Source: Girardia tigrina (taxonomy: Eukaryota). Taken from it: a DNA stretch of 64,000 nt. Positions 13,112 through 26,200 of the stretch are shown here, one piece after another. Position numbers and translations under genes: made by a program. The stretch spans positions 1 to 64,000 of the forward strand of contig MQRK01238465.1 in the NCBI GenBank assembly GCA_001938485.1. The letters run 5' to 3'. The notes under the pieces were generated by a model, which worked only from the letters and a program-made list of their open reading frames with translations, was not told where the DNA came from and did no database searches. How positions within the stretch are numbered: the stretch's first letter is position 1; the number at the start of each line of letters is the position of its first letter.

Positions 13112-15205
13112 TTAACACTAGGATGCCCGGAGTCGTCATTTTAACCATTTTCAATTTCATTCGCATGCCATTTCGCTATAAAAGGAGGGAGCTTAACCAA
13201 ACTTTATGACTTTTCCTAAAATATACCCCTACATATGTGGAAGCATTATTGACTCTGAGGGCTTTAATGGGGGTGAGCTACAGGCGTGTCTACCTAAGAT
13301 ACCCAAGAGGGGTCATTTAAAACCCATAGTATCTACAGTCATTTACTCACTCGAAAATGGTGACATTACCGTACATGAGGTGCGCGCGGTATCTATATTT
13401 GACAAGGCACACGTTCACACTTATCTAAATCACATGCATCGACCACTAATCGTGAACTTACTATAAATATACATTGGAAATACCAAAAGTACTTTCATAT
13501 GCATGCACCTAGTGGGAGTGCATGTATATATAAATATAAGCAAAGAAAGCAGAATATACATAGAGTGAGTGTGTTTACACATAAACGCACAGATAAACGT
13601 TGCACAGGCACTGTAGCCTTCATATATACAGTATATGATTTTACTGAAACAATGGCAAAGAGACTAGCTAGTAGAAAAGCTCTTCGAGTATTGAAAAACT
13701 TACCTAAAGAAGAGTCAGGGTCTGATGGTGAGGTGGATTTGGTAAGTAAATCATGGATACAGTATTATCATATTCTTGATTAAGAACATTATGTTATTTC
13801 TGGTCAATTATAGAGTAAAATACAACAAATAGATTCGGTAGTACTAACAGCCCGCAGGATTACTCAGTATAATCCGTATCAAGCATTGATTCGTGTGATT
13901 TTCAATTACCTCCACCATTGAGGGAACGAATCAAACGAACTGAGAAAAAATCTCCGTCAATAGAAGCCACAACTGAGAAGCAGTCAACGTCAACTGTGGT
14001 CAATGCCACTAACCAAGTAGAGAAAATGACATAATTTGAACCCGATACACAACGCAGGCCACTCAAACAGGCCGGATTGGATGAATAAACATTATGGCTA
14101 ACAAGCCGGGGTTAAAAATATTTCATGTTGTCGATTTGAAAACGAAATAATTATGCAGCAGCCTTTCATATTTAGGAAATTGTGAGGTAAAAGCAGGAGA
14201 GCAGCTAGAATCACATGTAAAAAAACTGATAAAACCATTTGAGAAACGAGACCATAATCTCATTGGGGATAACTTTTTCACTTCAATAAAGTTAGTTAAA
14301 TTTCTGCTTGAAAACCAAATTACTAACCTAGGTATTATACGTCTGAATAGACGTGAATTACCTGATGTCATGTCCATAATTAAAAACGAACCATGATATG
14401 CAACACAATTTTTAAAGATTCAACGGGGACCATTTCTCCCACACGAAAGCTAATAAAGTGGTGGCACTGATGTAGTCTTTTCATAAACATCCCACCATCA
14501 ATCATCCACAGTCGGAGAAAAAAATCCTGAAGTCATTGAGATGTACAACCACACAAATTATGGAGTGGATTGTTTAGACTCAATGTGTCGTATGTATTCA
14601 ACAGGCAGCCCAGCTTTCAATGGCCACTGTATATTTTCTTCAATGTGTTGGACATTGCTCTCATCAATAGCAGAATAATGTACTCTGAAAATACAAAGTA
14701 TGGCATGACTCATGGAGATTTCATTCCGTCTCTTGTAGAAGAAATAACTGCATAACCTCAGCCAGTAGAAAAGATAGAACCAGCTGGACAGAAACGTCAT
14801 CACTGCAGTGCAGAAGCCTGTGCTAACAAAGCATCATTGTCTTGTTGCCAATGTATGAAGAACTTTTGTGGATCACACAATGCTAAAACCAGAGCTGTGG
14901 AGTCGGAGTTTAAGGATTTTTATGGAAGTCGGAGTCGGAATCGGAGTTGGAGTCGGAATCAGAGTCTAATTCGGAGTCATGTAACTCGACTGCGACCAAA
15001 ATAATAACAAATATTATAAATTAACCTAAATAGGAGTCGGAGTCCGAGTCGAAGTTGGAGTTGGAATCGGATTTGGATTCGGACATTTTAAAAATTTAGG
15101 AGTTGGAGTCGGAGTCAGAGTCGGGCAATTTTAGTCAGACTCAGCAACCCTGGCTAAAACTACTAAGATACTTTGTGAAGATTGTCAATCAGTATATGCT
15201 GAATA
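13112..15205 (+). mobile_element. Decayed piggyBac element
   Basis: TTAA-CACTAGGATGCCCGG left end; acidic N-terminus EESGSDGEVD; NKPG..KIF, DNFFTS, YNHTNYGVD, WPLYIFFNVLDIALINS; C-terminal Cys-rich domain. Right TIR not found. Confidence 0.85.
14890..15152. mobile_element. hAT-type MITE with internal (GGAGTC)n repeats, nested in the piggyBac
   Basis: 8-bp TSD GCTAAAAC (14882-14889 and 15153-15160). TIRs CAGAGCTGTGGAGTC and rc CAGGGTTGCTGAGTC. Confidence 0.88.
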
Positions 15206-15455
15206 AAATGTTGCTTTTAAATGCTTTCATTACATTGATAAAAAAATATTAGATAAGAAATGCTGAAAATAGTTTTATTTTTAAATTTTAATAAACAGTT
15301 ATCTTAGATAGGCGGAAGTAAAGTGTTTCATTCAAGCTCAGCGCATCGCTTTAATATATAAGTCTTAAATGTACTGTTGAAAAATGTTCTAGGTAATTTA
15401 ATAAGTGTAGGGGTCATAAATGATCCCATTTGGGTTCTCTCAGTGGTTCGTCCCG

Positions 15456-15457
<2 letters not shown>

Positions 15458-15496
<39 letters not shown>
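15458..15496. repeat. (TA)n microsatellite
   Basis: Direct reading. Confidence 0.95.
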
Positions 15497-15501
<5 letters not shown>

Positions 15502-15570
15502 AAAATTAAAAAATAATGGCAAATTATGTTTAAAAACAAAAACACGCCATTTGTTAAATTTATTTTTTAC

Positions 15571-15609
15571 GACAATTAATTTCGACGGTATAACCGTCAT
15601 CGTCAGGTC
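15571..15609 (-). ncRNA. Minimal type-I hammerhead ribozyme (intact core)
   Basis: GAC-CUGACGA-U-GACGG-UUAUA-CCGUC-GAAA-UUA-AUU-GUC. Stem I GAC/GUC, 5-bp stem II, stem-III palindrome AUUAAU. Confidence 0.8.
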
Positions 15610-16067
15610 TCAAGAAAGAAATGAATTTTAAATCTGCTTATACAGGCAATCAGTGATTATTTCATCAATATCATTATGTCATCTAAATACGCTTAATAGG
15701 GTTTTCGAGAGACCCGTTTGCACATTAATCTTAGGATCTAAAGATCTGATATAAAGTGCTTTACAGACCACCCTCTCCAAATAGTTTTTAAAACGAGAAC
15801 ACAGAATTTAGTTTTCAGTTTTTTGTTCTGTGTCTCAATTTTGTTACGAGAGATTTTATTAGCGTGATAATTAGAGACAATATTACACCAATGAAAACAC
15901 AAATCACTACTTACATTATACAATGCAGATCTAACAATAGTTTGTCGTTTCACAATTTCTATTCTTTGTTTCTTCTCTGTCTCCAGCATTCTCCTTAGGA
16001 TCTTCCGATGAATTTTGCGAATATTCGCAAAATATATAAGCAGATTTAAAATTAATTTTTTTCTTGA

Positions 16068-16106
16068 GAACTGACGATGACGGTTATACCGACAAAATTA
16101 ATTATC
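16068..16106 (+). ncRNA. Degenerate hammerhead copy (inverted partner)
   Basis: CTGACGA-T-GACGG-TTATA-CCGAC-AAAA-TTAATT; G12>A and a stem II mismatch. Confidence 0.65.
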
Positions 16107-16230
16107 GTAATATATATACAATAATTATATCAATAATAATTATTTTAATTTTAATATGAATAATTATAATTTAGTAAGTAAAATGCATAAATTTATGAAA
16201 TAGAAATTTATTGATAGTAAAATGTACTCT

Positions 16231-16293
16231 CGGGCCGTCAAAATAATTCGTCGGGCCGTATACGGCTCGCTGGCCGCTAGTTGGACAGTCCTG
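16231..16293. mobile_element. hAT (Charlie-like) terminal fragment
   Basis: CGGGCCG repeats ending TTGGACAGTCCTG, typical of hAT ends. Confidence 0.5.
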
Positions 16294-17239
16294 TATTAGA
16301 CTATTAAAGAAAAATAACTATATATAATAAAATTAATAGTACTACATCAGGATTTTCAAATTATGCGAAGTTAAAAAATAAAAAAAACTAAAATCAATTT
16401 TTAATGAAATAAAATTTTGAAATTGTTGTATTATTAATGATTTTATTTTAATTCACTTTGATATCGAATAATTTAAATTTTTAAAAAAAGTTCTATAAAT
16501 TTTTAATCCGTGGATTAGAACCCAGAATAAGACATTTAGAAAAATATCTCCCATGATATCATTTAATAATATTATTTTTGAATTTTCTTTTATCATTATT
16601 TTGCATTTCACTGGAAAACTTAAAAAAAACAATGTAAAATGTAATCATATTTTCACTTTATTTTTACTAGTATTAAAAAGTTTAATTTCACTAATATTAA
16701 AAAATCTAAACATTTTATCAAATAATAAAAATTAATTAGTTTTTATAATACAGATATATTTAAAAAAACAATGAGAAAATTTTCATCAAGTACGTTCTTT
16801 AACATATCAATATCGATAAAGAGAAAATTTTCAATTTTAATTTTACAATTCCAACTATTTTTTTTACAAATAATAATTATAAGTACTTAGATTTTTAATA
16901 TAATTTTTAAAAAAAAAACAAAAAAAATTTCATGAAGCACGTTTTGTAATACAATATTTTTGATAAAAAGAAAATTTTTAAATTAATTTAATACTTCCAA
17001 CAAATTTTACATAAATAAAAATAATTTTTGTTCTTTTTAAAATTCAAATAATTTTTTTTAAAAAAATATATATCTATTACATTTCATTCTCGAAAAAAAA
17101 CCAAACAATATTTTCATTTCATTTCCTCCTAAGGTTACCGATTTGTTTAAATCAACTCTTTGAATCATATATTTGTATTAATAATTCGCTATTAGTAAAC
17201 AGATTTCACAATTTCGATTTACTTTCTCCAATTTACGAA

Positions 17240-20200
17240 ATGACAGCCGAAGTAGCAAAAGGATTGGTGAGAATTTTCGTGTTGAATTATTAGACTTTTT
17301 TTAATGGATAATTTCGGGTAATTTCAGGCAAATGAAGTTCGAACTTTGAAAATCAACGGACATGTCGGATTCGATACTCTTCCGTATCAGTTGGTCAACA
17401 AGGCCGTCAATCAGGGATTCTCGTTCAATATCCTCTGTCTCGGTGAATATTTCTTTAAATTAATTTTTATTTGATTTAATTAGGAAATAAATCAATAAAA
17501 ATTAAAATTACTAAAAAATTATGAATCTCAATTTTTTTCATTTTTAAATATTTTTTTAAACAAATTTCTGTGACTTGGAACTGATTATACCATTGGAGAA
17601 TGCTTGGGGATGGTAACACCCAAAATATGAATAATTATTTGTTCGATAACGTTAATCCAATAAAACGATCTGAATCACTTCCTCTTACTAACCTAAACAA
17701 TCCACCAGAAGAGATACGTCCTGTGGCATGAGTCCCACGATGATCAGACACCCAGGAGCCGAGATAATCCTGAAAAGGTCGAGTTGTACTTTGCTACCAG
17801 TCCCATCGATTTAATAGTGTAAATAATAGAAAAAATGGAATATAAATAGTGTAAAAATAGAAAGAAATTAAATTTAACCGCCCGTAATCGTAATAACGGA
17901 AAACTGAAATTGAAAGTTTTAAGACAATTTCTATCCTAATTTAATAAAATTTAATTGAAAAATTCGATCTATCCAATCTAAATAAAAATGACTTGAATCC
18001 AATCATTGGATCATCATTAACTGATAAATGTGCCCAGATATTTTAAATTTTAATTTGCCTTTTTCTTCTATTATTTTTATTTTATTATTTAAAATTATAG
18101 TTTAAAATAGAAAGATAAGATGTAAGCAAAGATAGAATTTCATTAATAATATCATTTATTAGCCCAATTAATAACTTAATTTAACATGCCAAGTTTTAAT
18201 TCAATTAGCGTTCAATTTATTTAATAATGCACAAAATTTTATTTGAAAAAATTCTATACAAATAGAAAATATTTAACGTTTTAAGTGTAAAATTATCACA
18301 TTTAATGTTAAATTGCGACTACACTCTGTTTTTTTTATATAAATATATTTATTTTCATTTTTTTTGAAAGCTGAAAAGTTTCAGTTTTTTTCAGTTATTT
18401 TTCTGAATTTTGGCCGAAGCTCACGTTTTAGCAAGGTTTGGCACCGAAACCGAGACTCGGTCGCTCTTTACTCTACTCATTTGTATAATTATTTGTTCGA
18501 CAACTTTTTATCGATTTTTTGATCTAAATCACTTTGCATTGCTCACCAAAACAATCCGCTAGACGAGATACGCTACCTGACACAAGTCCCATGATAATCG
18601 GATACTCAGGAGCCGAGATATTCCATCAAAGCTCGAGTTGTACTTGGTTATCGGTCCCACCTGTGTAAATCTAAAGAATAAATAAAATTTAACCGTGTGT
18701 AATAGTAATGAACGCTCGAAAAATTATATTGGTACTGTTAATATTTATTATTTGAATTTAATTAGAAAAGAAAAAAAATCAACAAAAAACAAGTTATCAA
18801 CCTTAATTTTTTTCCTTTGTAAATATTTTTTTAAACAGATTTCTGCAACCTTGAACTGATTACAACTGGAGAATTCTTGGCGATGGTAGAACCCCAATTT
18901 CGTATAATTATTTGTTCGACAACTTTTAATCGATATATCAATCTAAATCACTTTTTGTTACTCACCAAAACAATCCCTTAGAAGAGATATTGCTGGGCAT
19001 AGAAAACATTGTAAAGGGGACGTAAACAAAACTTTACAATTCTGTGCACTCAATTTAAGAATTATTGGGAGAGTGAAATGTGTAGCGTTATATATTAGAT
19101 CTTTGGATTCTAAAATTGACGTTCAAAATGCGCTCTCGACAACTATATTGAGGGTTTTTAAATGATTTATTTATTGTATTGTCATTAGCGCAGTATATAA
19201 GTACATTTCTTTTTCAAAAAATCAGTTTCTGAAGATGACGATTAATACGTCAAAATTTATAAACAATTTCAATTGAGTTTTGATTTTCAATTTCAACAGT
19301 TTTCGATTTTTTTCAAATTTATTTATATTAAATTCTTGTAATTTATTTTTAAAAAATTCTGTTTTTAATTTTTTACAATTTTCAATTAATATTTGATATT
19401 TTTAGAATATATTAGTAATTTTAATTTTTTTAAATTACTTTTTTAAATAGTTTTGGTTAATATTTGATAATTTGATAATGAAAACCAAAGTTCAAAGCTT
19501 ACTCTCAAATAAATCTAAAACGATTTATAGATTGCTAGCTAATCCGGTTAATAAATTTGACTGTCATCAGTGAAAAACTCGTAAATTAGAGAGACAAATC
19601 GTTATTTCAAAACCCAGATTAGTGAGCATTCACAATCGAGTCGAACGAGTTATGTTCTTGATCATTGACTACATGTCAACATAGAATCTAAAATATGAGT
19701 TTTCTGTTTTACAGAGAATCCTTATTGATAATACATTATAACCCATTAATAAACATTCAAAATGGACAAAGTAAAGCCGTTTCAAATCTTAAAGTTTTTA
19801 AAACATTTTGCCATTAATGTATAATAATATCTTAAATTAAGATAAATGAATAAGTGTTCCCTTATAAACTAACAAATATAAATGCTGGTGGAAAAACATT
19901 TCAGAAACATGAACAATAATTAATTTATTAAAGTTGGATTTTTCTTCAACATATAATGAATAGTCCCGTAAAACAAAAAGGTTTTTTTATGTTTTATAGT
20001 AATTATAATGCAAAAATATTTTTTTTACTTTATCATTATTTTTCCTGTAAAAAAATTGAAAAAAGACCGTCAATCAGAGATTCTCATTCAACATTTTCTG
20101 TCTATAAGTATTTGCATGTAACTTCTTATTTTATCATTAAATTAAGAAATAAGATCAATAAAAAATTATAATATCTTAAAAGTTATTAACCATATATTTT

Positions 20201-23200
20201 CCTGTGAAGTATCCATTTTCCTTTGTACATTTTTTTCAAAATCTGTGCGGATCTCAATCGAATTTCACCTAAAACAATAAAAAACACTTATTTATATGCT
20301 TGAAAATTGGCCTTTTCATTTAGTAGATAAATTCTAATTAAAATAACATCAAAATGGAACCCTATCGTCTGATTCAAGCAATCCGTTCAAATATTTCGCC
20401 TAAAAATGGACTTCACAATTAACAAATTGTCTAAAAGGGGGATCGAATCATAGAAAAAAAATCAAATATCAGCATGTGTCCGTCGATTAGGAAACCTCAT
20501 CCAATTTCAGACTCAGACACAAAACAGAAAAAAATCTACTGAGGAGAAAATTAAAACTACCTCTGCGGTTTCTGCCATATCAGACGAAATAACACAGTTT
20601 CAAAAGCCAAATGGAGTAAACAAACTGTATTTCCGTCTGAGTCCTAGGAAAAAATATATCATATAGCCTTATCTTACCTGGAAAAATATTTAAAGCAAAT
20701 ATAGGCCTTCTTTGTGCCCTAAAATTCATTTTAACATTTTATGAAAAATTTGTTAATTTTTAATATATATATATAATGCAGCAGTCACGAAAGTGTGAAT
20801 AATATATATTTTATAAATATATACTTTTTTTCCTCGGAATCATACAGCATCAGTCGAAAATTGCTCATTTATGTTGAAACTTGACAACAGGATGCTCTGG
20901 CAACCGGAAAATGCTGTTCAAGTTTAAAACTTCTTAATTAATAATTGTTTCTTCGACCACTTTTTTCATAATGTCATTCCAAAACATGTTAAACAACCAA
21001 ACAATAGTGTGGATAAAATGAAGCCCAAGCCACAAGTCCCTAAAAAATCAAACGCTCCGTAGTTAAGAAATTCCTAAAGATCCGCTCTCAAGGGATTTCG
21101 ATAGACAGGATTATTCTATCAGTATCCTGAACATCCGACTAAATCGAGTCCATCTTTATACTAAGACATTAACATTGACTACTCCAGTCTTATTAGTTAA
21201 GGATCTTAATCAGAGTTTGACTATTTACTGAAAAGGCTTAATTATCCCGTCATAACAAGTATGTCCTATGCGTATTGTCCCTCATCATATTTTTAGCGCA
21301 ATTTCCATACTGACAATTGCGATTATTAATTGGTTATTTCTGTGTGGATGTGTGTCCGCAGCTTTAAGTCGTATCTCCTCCTCAACGAAGCAATATCGAG
21401 GGCTAGTTCCAAAAGCAAATATGTTAAGCAAGTTCGGAGGATGATTGTGGGCCAAAAAAATTCCCGGAATTCCTTTATTGATTTCATGGAAAAGCCAAAA
21501 AACCTCGAAAAAATGCAGTTTTTGGCCTATATATTGGCAACCAGACCACTTAGCGACTTGAAACATTTACCAATCGATTCCTGCAATAATTTAGAACAAT
21601 ATTGCCGAAGAAAGTTTTCAAAAATATCCTTTCGTTCGGTAACAAAAAATTAATCATAGTCAAATACTGATATAAACGTTTTAATATTTGGGCACCGAAT
21701 AACATAAGGAAATTGCGCTTAAATTGTCACTAGACTTTTTATTAACTTGTTTTCTTTTGTCATTATTCTTTAAATGATTAATCATTATTTTCACAAAAAA
21801 AATTTGCAAGAAAAAGAATCTTTTAATTTTTTCAAAATACTTCTTATCTGCAAAATCGTATTGAATCACATAGGGCGATTTAGCGTTACAATACTCGAAT
21901 TAAGCATTCGATTTAATGATGCCTTTAGATTAATCTATTTAAAATTAACCTATTTCTTCTAACTTTGAAAATAAACGGGTTAGACTGAGCCTTATTTATA
22001 CTTTATTATTTATTTTTATGCTATCATTCGGATCTAGCAATCACATATAAATTCTGTCTATACACTGGTTATTTTATTTAGATTTTTGTCACTTTCACCG
22101 AAATAGTGGAATAATTATTAATTTTTTTAATTATAATAAAATTGATTTCCAGTACAAAATTCGTCAGTTTTTAACATTTGTTTGAAAATAGTAGCCAGCT
22201 ACATTGTTATTTTTACGTATTATTTACATAAGCGATTTAACTTGGATCAAGAACCTTAATAATATAAAGATGTGTTTGTATTGAGTGAAGAGATTGATTG
22301 TGATATTAGGTGAGACTGGACTGGGTAAATCGACTCTGATGGAGACGCTTTTTGAGCAGAACTTTGATTTCACTCCATCCACACATGACTTGCCCGAGGT
22401 TTCTTTGAAAGTGTCAAATTACGATTTGAAGGAAGGCAATGTAAAACTGAAGCTCTCAATAATCGAGAGTTGTGGATTCGGAGATCAAATCAACAAAGAA
22501 GATTGGTGAGATTGATTTTGGAAGAATATTTTTCAAATTTCACTTGAAATGATTTTTTTTCTTTAAAATAATTTTGAATTTAATACATTTTGTTCCAAAA
22601 TTTTGAAACTTCAGAAATAAATTAATTTAAAGAAATTTTTAAAATTTGCGATTTGACTATCGATTTTCAATTGAAAATTATTCAGTGTCAATCCGGTCAT
22701 TTCTCACATCGAAGGAGAATTCGAGAAGTATCTGCAGGAAGAAATGAAAATCAAGAGGAACTTGACGAATTATCACGACACTCGTGTCCATGTCTGTCTC
22801 TACTTCATCGCGCCAACTGGCCACACGTGAGTCCATTCCATCTTATCGATTTAAGTCATTCATTATTATTATCTATTTCATTATTATCTGTTTTTTTTCA
22901 ACTTTTTTTTGTTTTTTCAACCTTTTTTTTGTAAAAAATATAAGTGGAAAATATTGATTTTTGATGACGTAAACAGTCTGAAGTCGCTGGATCTAGTGGC
23001 GATGAAGAAACTGGAAAACAAAGTCAATATTATCCCGGTGATCGCCAAATCAGATACGATTACGAAATCGGAAATGCAAAAATTCAAAGCCAAAGTAAGT
23101 GAAGATTTTCTGACAATTGATTATTTATAAACCGTATTGAATAATCGATTGATCAAATGATAAATTGGATTTTTTAATTCATGTTTGTTAAATAATTTTT

Positions 23201-26200
23201 CATTGATTTATCGATAAATGTGTGACATTCATCAATCTGATTTGACAAAGATTGTCATAGACATACTTGTGTTTCTAAATCTATTATTTCCCTTTAATAT
23301 TTATGTATTTTGCATTGACACTAGTGGGCATCCAAACAACCATTCTGGTTATTTTTACTATGACGAGAAATTGGAATCAATACAGTCAACACTCTATAGT
23401 TTCACAGACTAACAAGGGAACCTCCCGAACCAGCACATCCCGATTTCGATGAAATTTGGTACAAATATAGAACTCGCCGCGCTGAATAAGATACACTTTG
23501 AACAACCTGTTCTTAAAACCTAGATATTCTTATTTGTTTTGCACCTTTTCTTATTTGTTCCTGGTGCAAATCACCACTTTGTTTAAATCAATTTTACATT
23601 GATTATCATTTTTGTGATGACTTTGATGAATAAATAACTTTTTTTCACCCTTTGTTTTTTATCTTTTGACATAAAATTCAAAAAAAATTTTGAAACCTAA
23701 AAAAGTCGAATATCTCGAGTTCTAGGCTTTAAGAGCAGGTGGTTCAAAGTGTATCTTATTCAGTGCATCGGGTTCTATATATGTACCAAATTTCATCGAA
23801 ATCGGGATGTGCGGGTTCGGGAGGTTCCCTTGTAAGTGACAAAACCAAAAAATCACAGTGTTAATGTCACATTTCTTCCTATAATTTCACAGTCTTAAAA
23901 AAAACAGTTTTTACTATTTAAAAAACTGTTTTCAAAATAATTTATTCTGAATTCTGAAAAGTAAATGAGTTTATTTATTGTTATTAATTAATTTTTCTGT
24001 TTATGAAAACTAATAGCCGAACACTCCCAATATTAATAATTTTAACAAAAATCTTTTTCCTCCCAAACAATACTTCAAAAATTCAACCTTTAGATGCGGG
24101 TCTTACAGCAGCATTCAGAAGAAAATACAAAACATTTTTTCTGAAGTGATTTTATGAAAATTAAAAACTTAACAAAAAATGCAATACAATAATCAATACA
24201 ATTTGTGGTAAATGTTTATGATGAGAGAAGAGAAATTACAATAAAAATTGTTTTAAACATATTGGGCTAATTTATGAAAAAAAATCTTTTGACATGTATT
24301 AGGTTCGTGATTAAAATCCGAAGTCATAATTTGCAAACTTTATTTCTAGTACAACTTTCATTATTCAAACAAATTTATGAGGAGCAATATTTCAGTTACA
24401 GAAACCAGATTTTCAAATTCTAAATATAAATAATAATATCGATGTATATATTTAAATATGTTATTTTATTCAATTTTGCATAAATCATGTTTTTGTTTTT
24501 GTTTAATAAATTTTTTACAATGTTTATTAACTGAAATATAAATTTAGATCTTTAAAATTATTTTAATGGACATGTCCTGTAAAATTTCAATTCCTAAATA
24601 ATTTTTTCTTTAATTTTAAATCATTCAATTATAAATTTTTTTAATAAGACTTTCCGTGGACTTCAATAAGCATTATGATTTTTACTTTAAATAGTGTTAC
24701 AAGATATATCAAAATTTCTTTACAATATTCTTTAAGTCCGAAGCTGTTATTTTAATTGTGATTTTTTAAACCTAATTTTTATAAAAGTTCTTTCAATTTA
24801 ATTAATAAAATATTATCATTACGCTATAATTTTTTATAAAACTTATTTCATTTTATTTAGTAAAAATATTATTTTTTAATTTATCTCAAATATAATTATG
24901 ATTTTTAATTTAAAAATATCAAAAATGTACAGTTCACCAAAAATAACCCATAACAACATGAGTTCAATAATTTTCGGGTCGGGTATTTCACAACCAGTGA
25001 CATTTGAAGAATATATTTCAATTGAAAGAGAAACTGACGAAGTGAAACTTTTATTTAAGATCAAGAGCAAAATATCAACTGAAAGATCCAAAACTTGAAA
25101 CAACCTTCCTTTTTAAGCTTTATTAAACCCGGGAAAATAATGTTTAATAAAAATCATAATGAAAAAATTTCCTAAATGGTTAAAGTCCCGAATGATTGCT
25201 GGTCTAATGTTTGCGCTTGGAATGAAAGATTAGAACTGGTGAAATAGTACCTTTTGCGTGATTGGATGTGACAATGAAATTCTAGACTGAAGCAAAACAA
25301 ATAAAATACGAGAGCATGTTGGTGTATAATTGTTTTATATCTACTCTTACAAAAACATGTTGGTTATGTAATACAACTATATAAATTTCGGTTCTTTCTG
25401 TTAGTTCCCTGGAAATTGAAACTAACGGATATGGCTAAATATTATAACTATACTATTAAAAAGTATAACTAAAAAATATTGAAAAATGGTTATACAATTT
25501 GGATAGTTATATTATTTGGTGTTTTCAAAAAAAATGTAAAATGTCATTTTCATCAATAGTAATTAACTGCGATTGCAAAAATTGTGCAATAAACCTTTCA
25601 CCATAAATATCATGTTTAGAAATATGCCAATCATTAATATTTGAAGAAAAACCGTCAGCTTTGATTGAAGTTTTGAGGTTTGCATGTGACACGTCATTCC
25701 ATGCATTACTAACCCAACTATGAACCAATTGTTGACTTGGTTGTTTAGGATTACCTATATTATTTTGTCATATAAAAGGTTATATTATTTGGTGTTTTAT
25801 ACTATTTGGCGATATCCGTTAATAAGTTGATTTGAGATCAACCAATAACACGATTTTCAAAATTAAAAATTGCCAGTAATTAACAGAAAAGAAGTGAATT
25901 TTTCAAAGTTTTGACACGAAAACAAGTTTCAAGATTGTTCTGTGTAATTCTTTTGGTTCTTCTTTCTAATTGTTATTATTTGAACGACTTTTTTTGCAAT
26001 TTCAGTAATTTAATCCACTGTAGTCGTATTCATTTCTACAGGTACATTACATACTTGATAATGACAATCTTGATGACATACTCGACAATCACACAATGAA
26101 GATCAGTTCATTCTATAACTCGCCAGAGACAGATGTAACATGATTTAATTACTGATTTTTTTTAAAGGAACCTAAAATATTTACTTGGGTTTAGGAGCAA

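Larger units (their letters stand above)
15567..16110 (-). mobile_element. 5'-truncated Penelope-like element with inverted pLTR
   Basis: Minus strand encodes a GIY-YIG C-terminus ([27 protein letters not shown]) followed by a hammerhead. A ~75-bp inverted copy of the hammerhead region lies at 16035-16110 (partner 15567-15642). Confidence 0.85.

Noticed and set aside
14890-15152. Regular short repeats resembling a CRISPR array
   Set aside because: Hexamer repeats without unique spacers, inside a eukaryotic MITE; no cas genes.
15328-15631. ORFs containing YIYIYI
   Set aside because: Translation of a (TA)n microsatellite.
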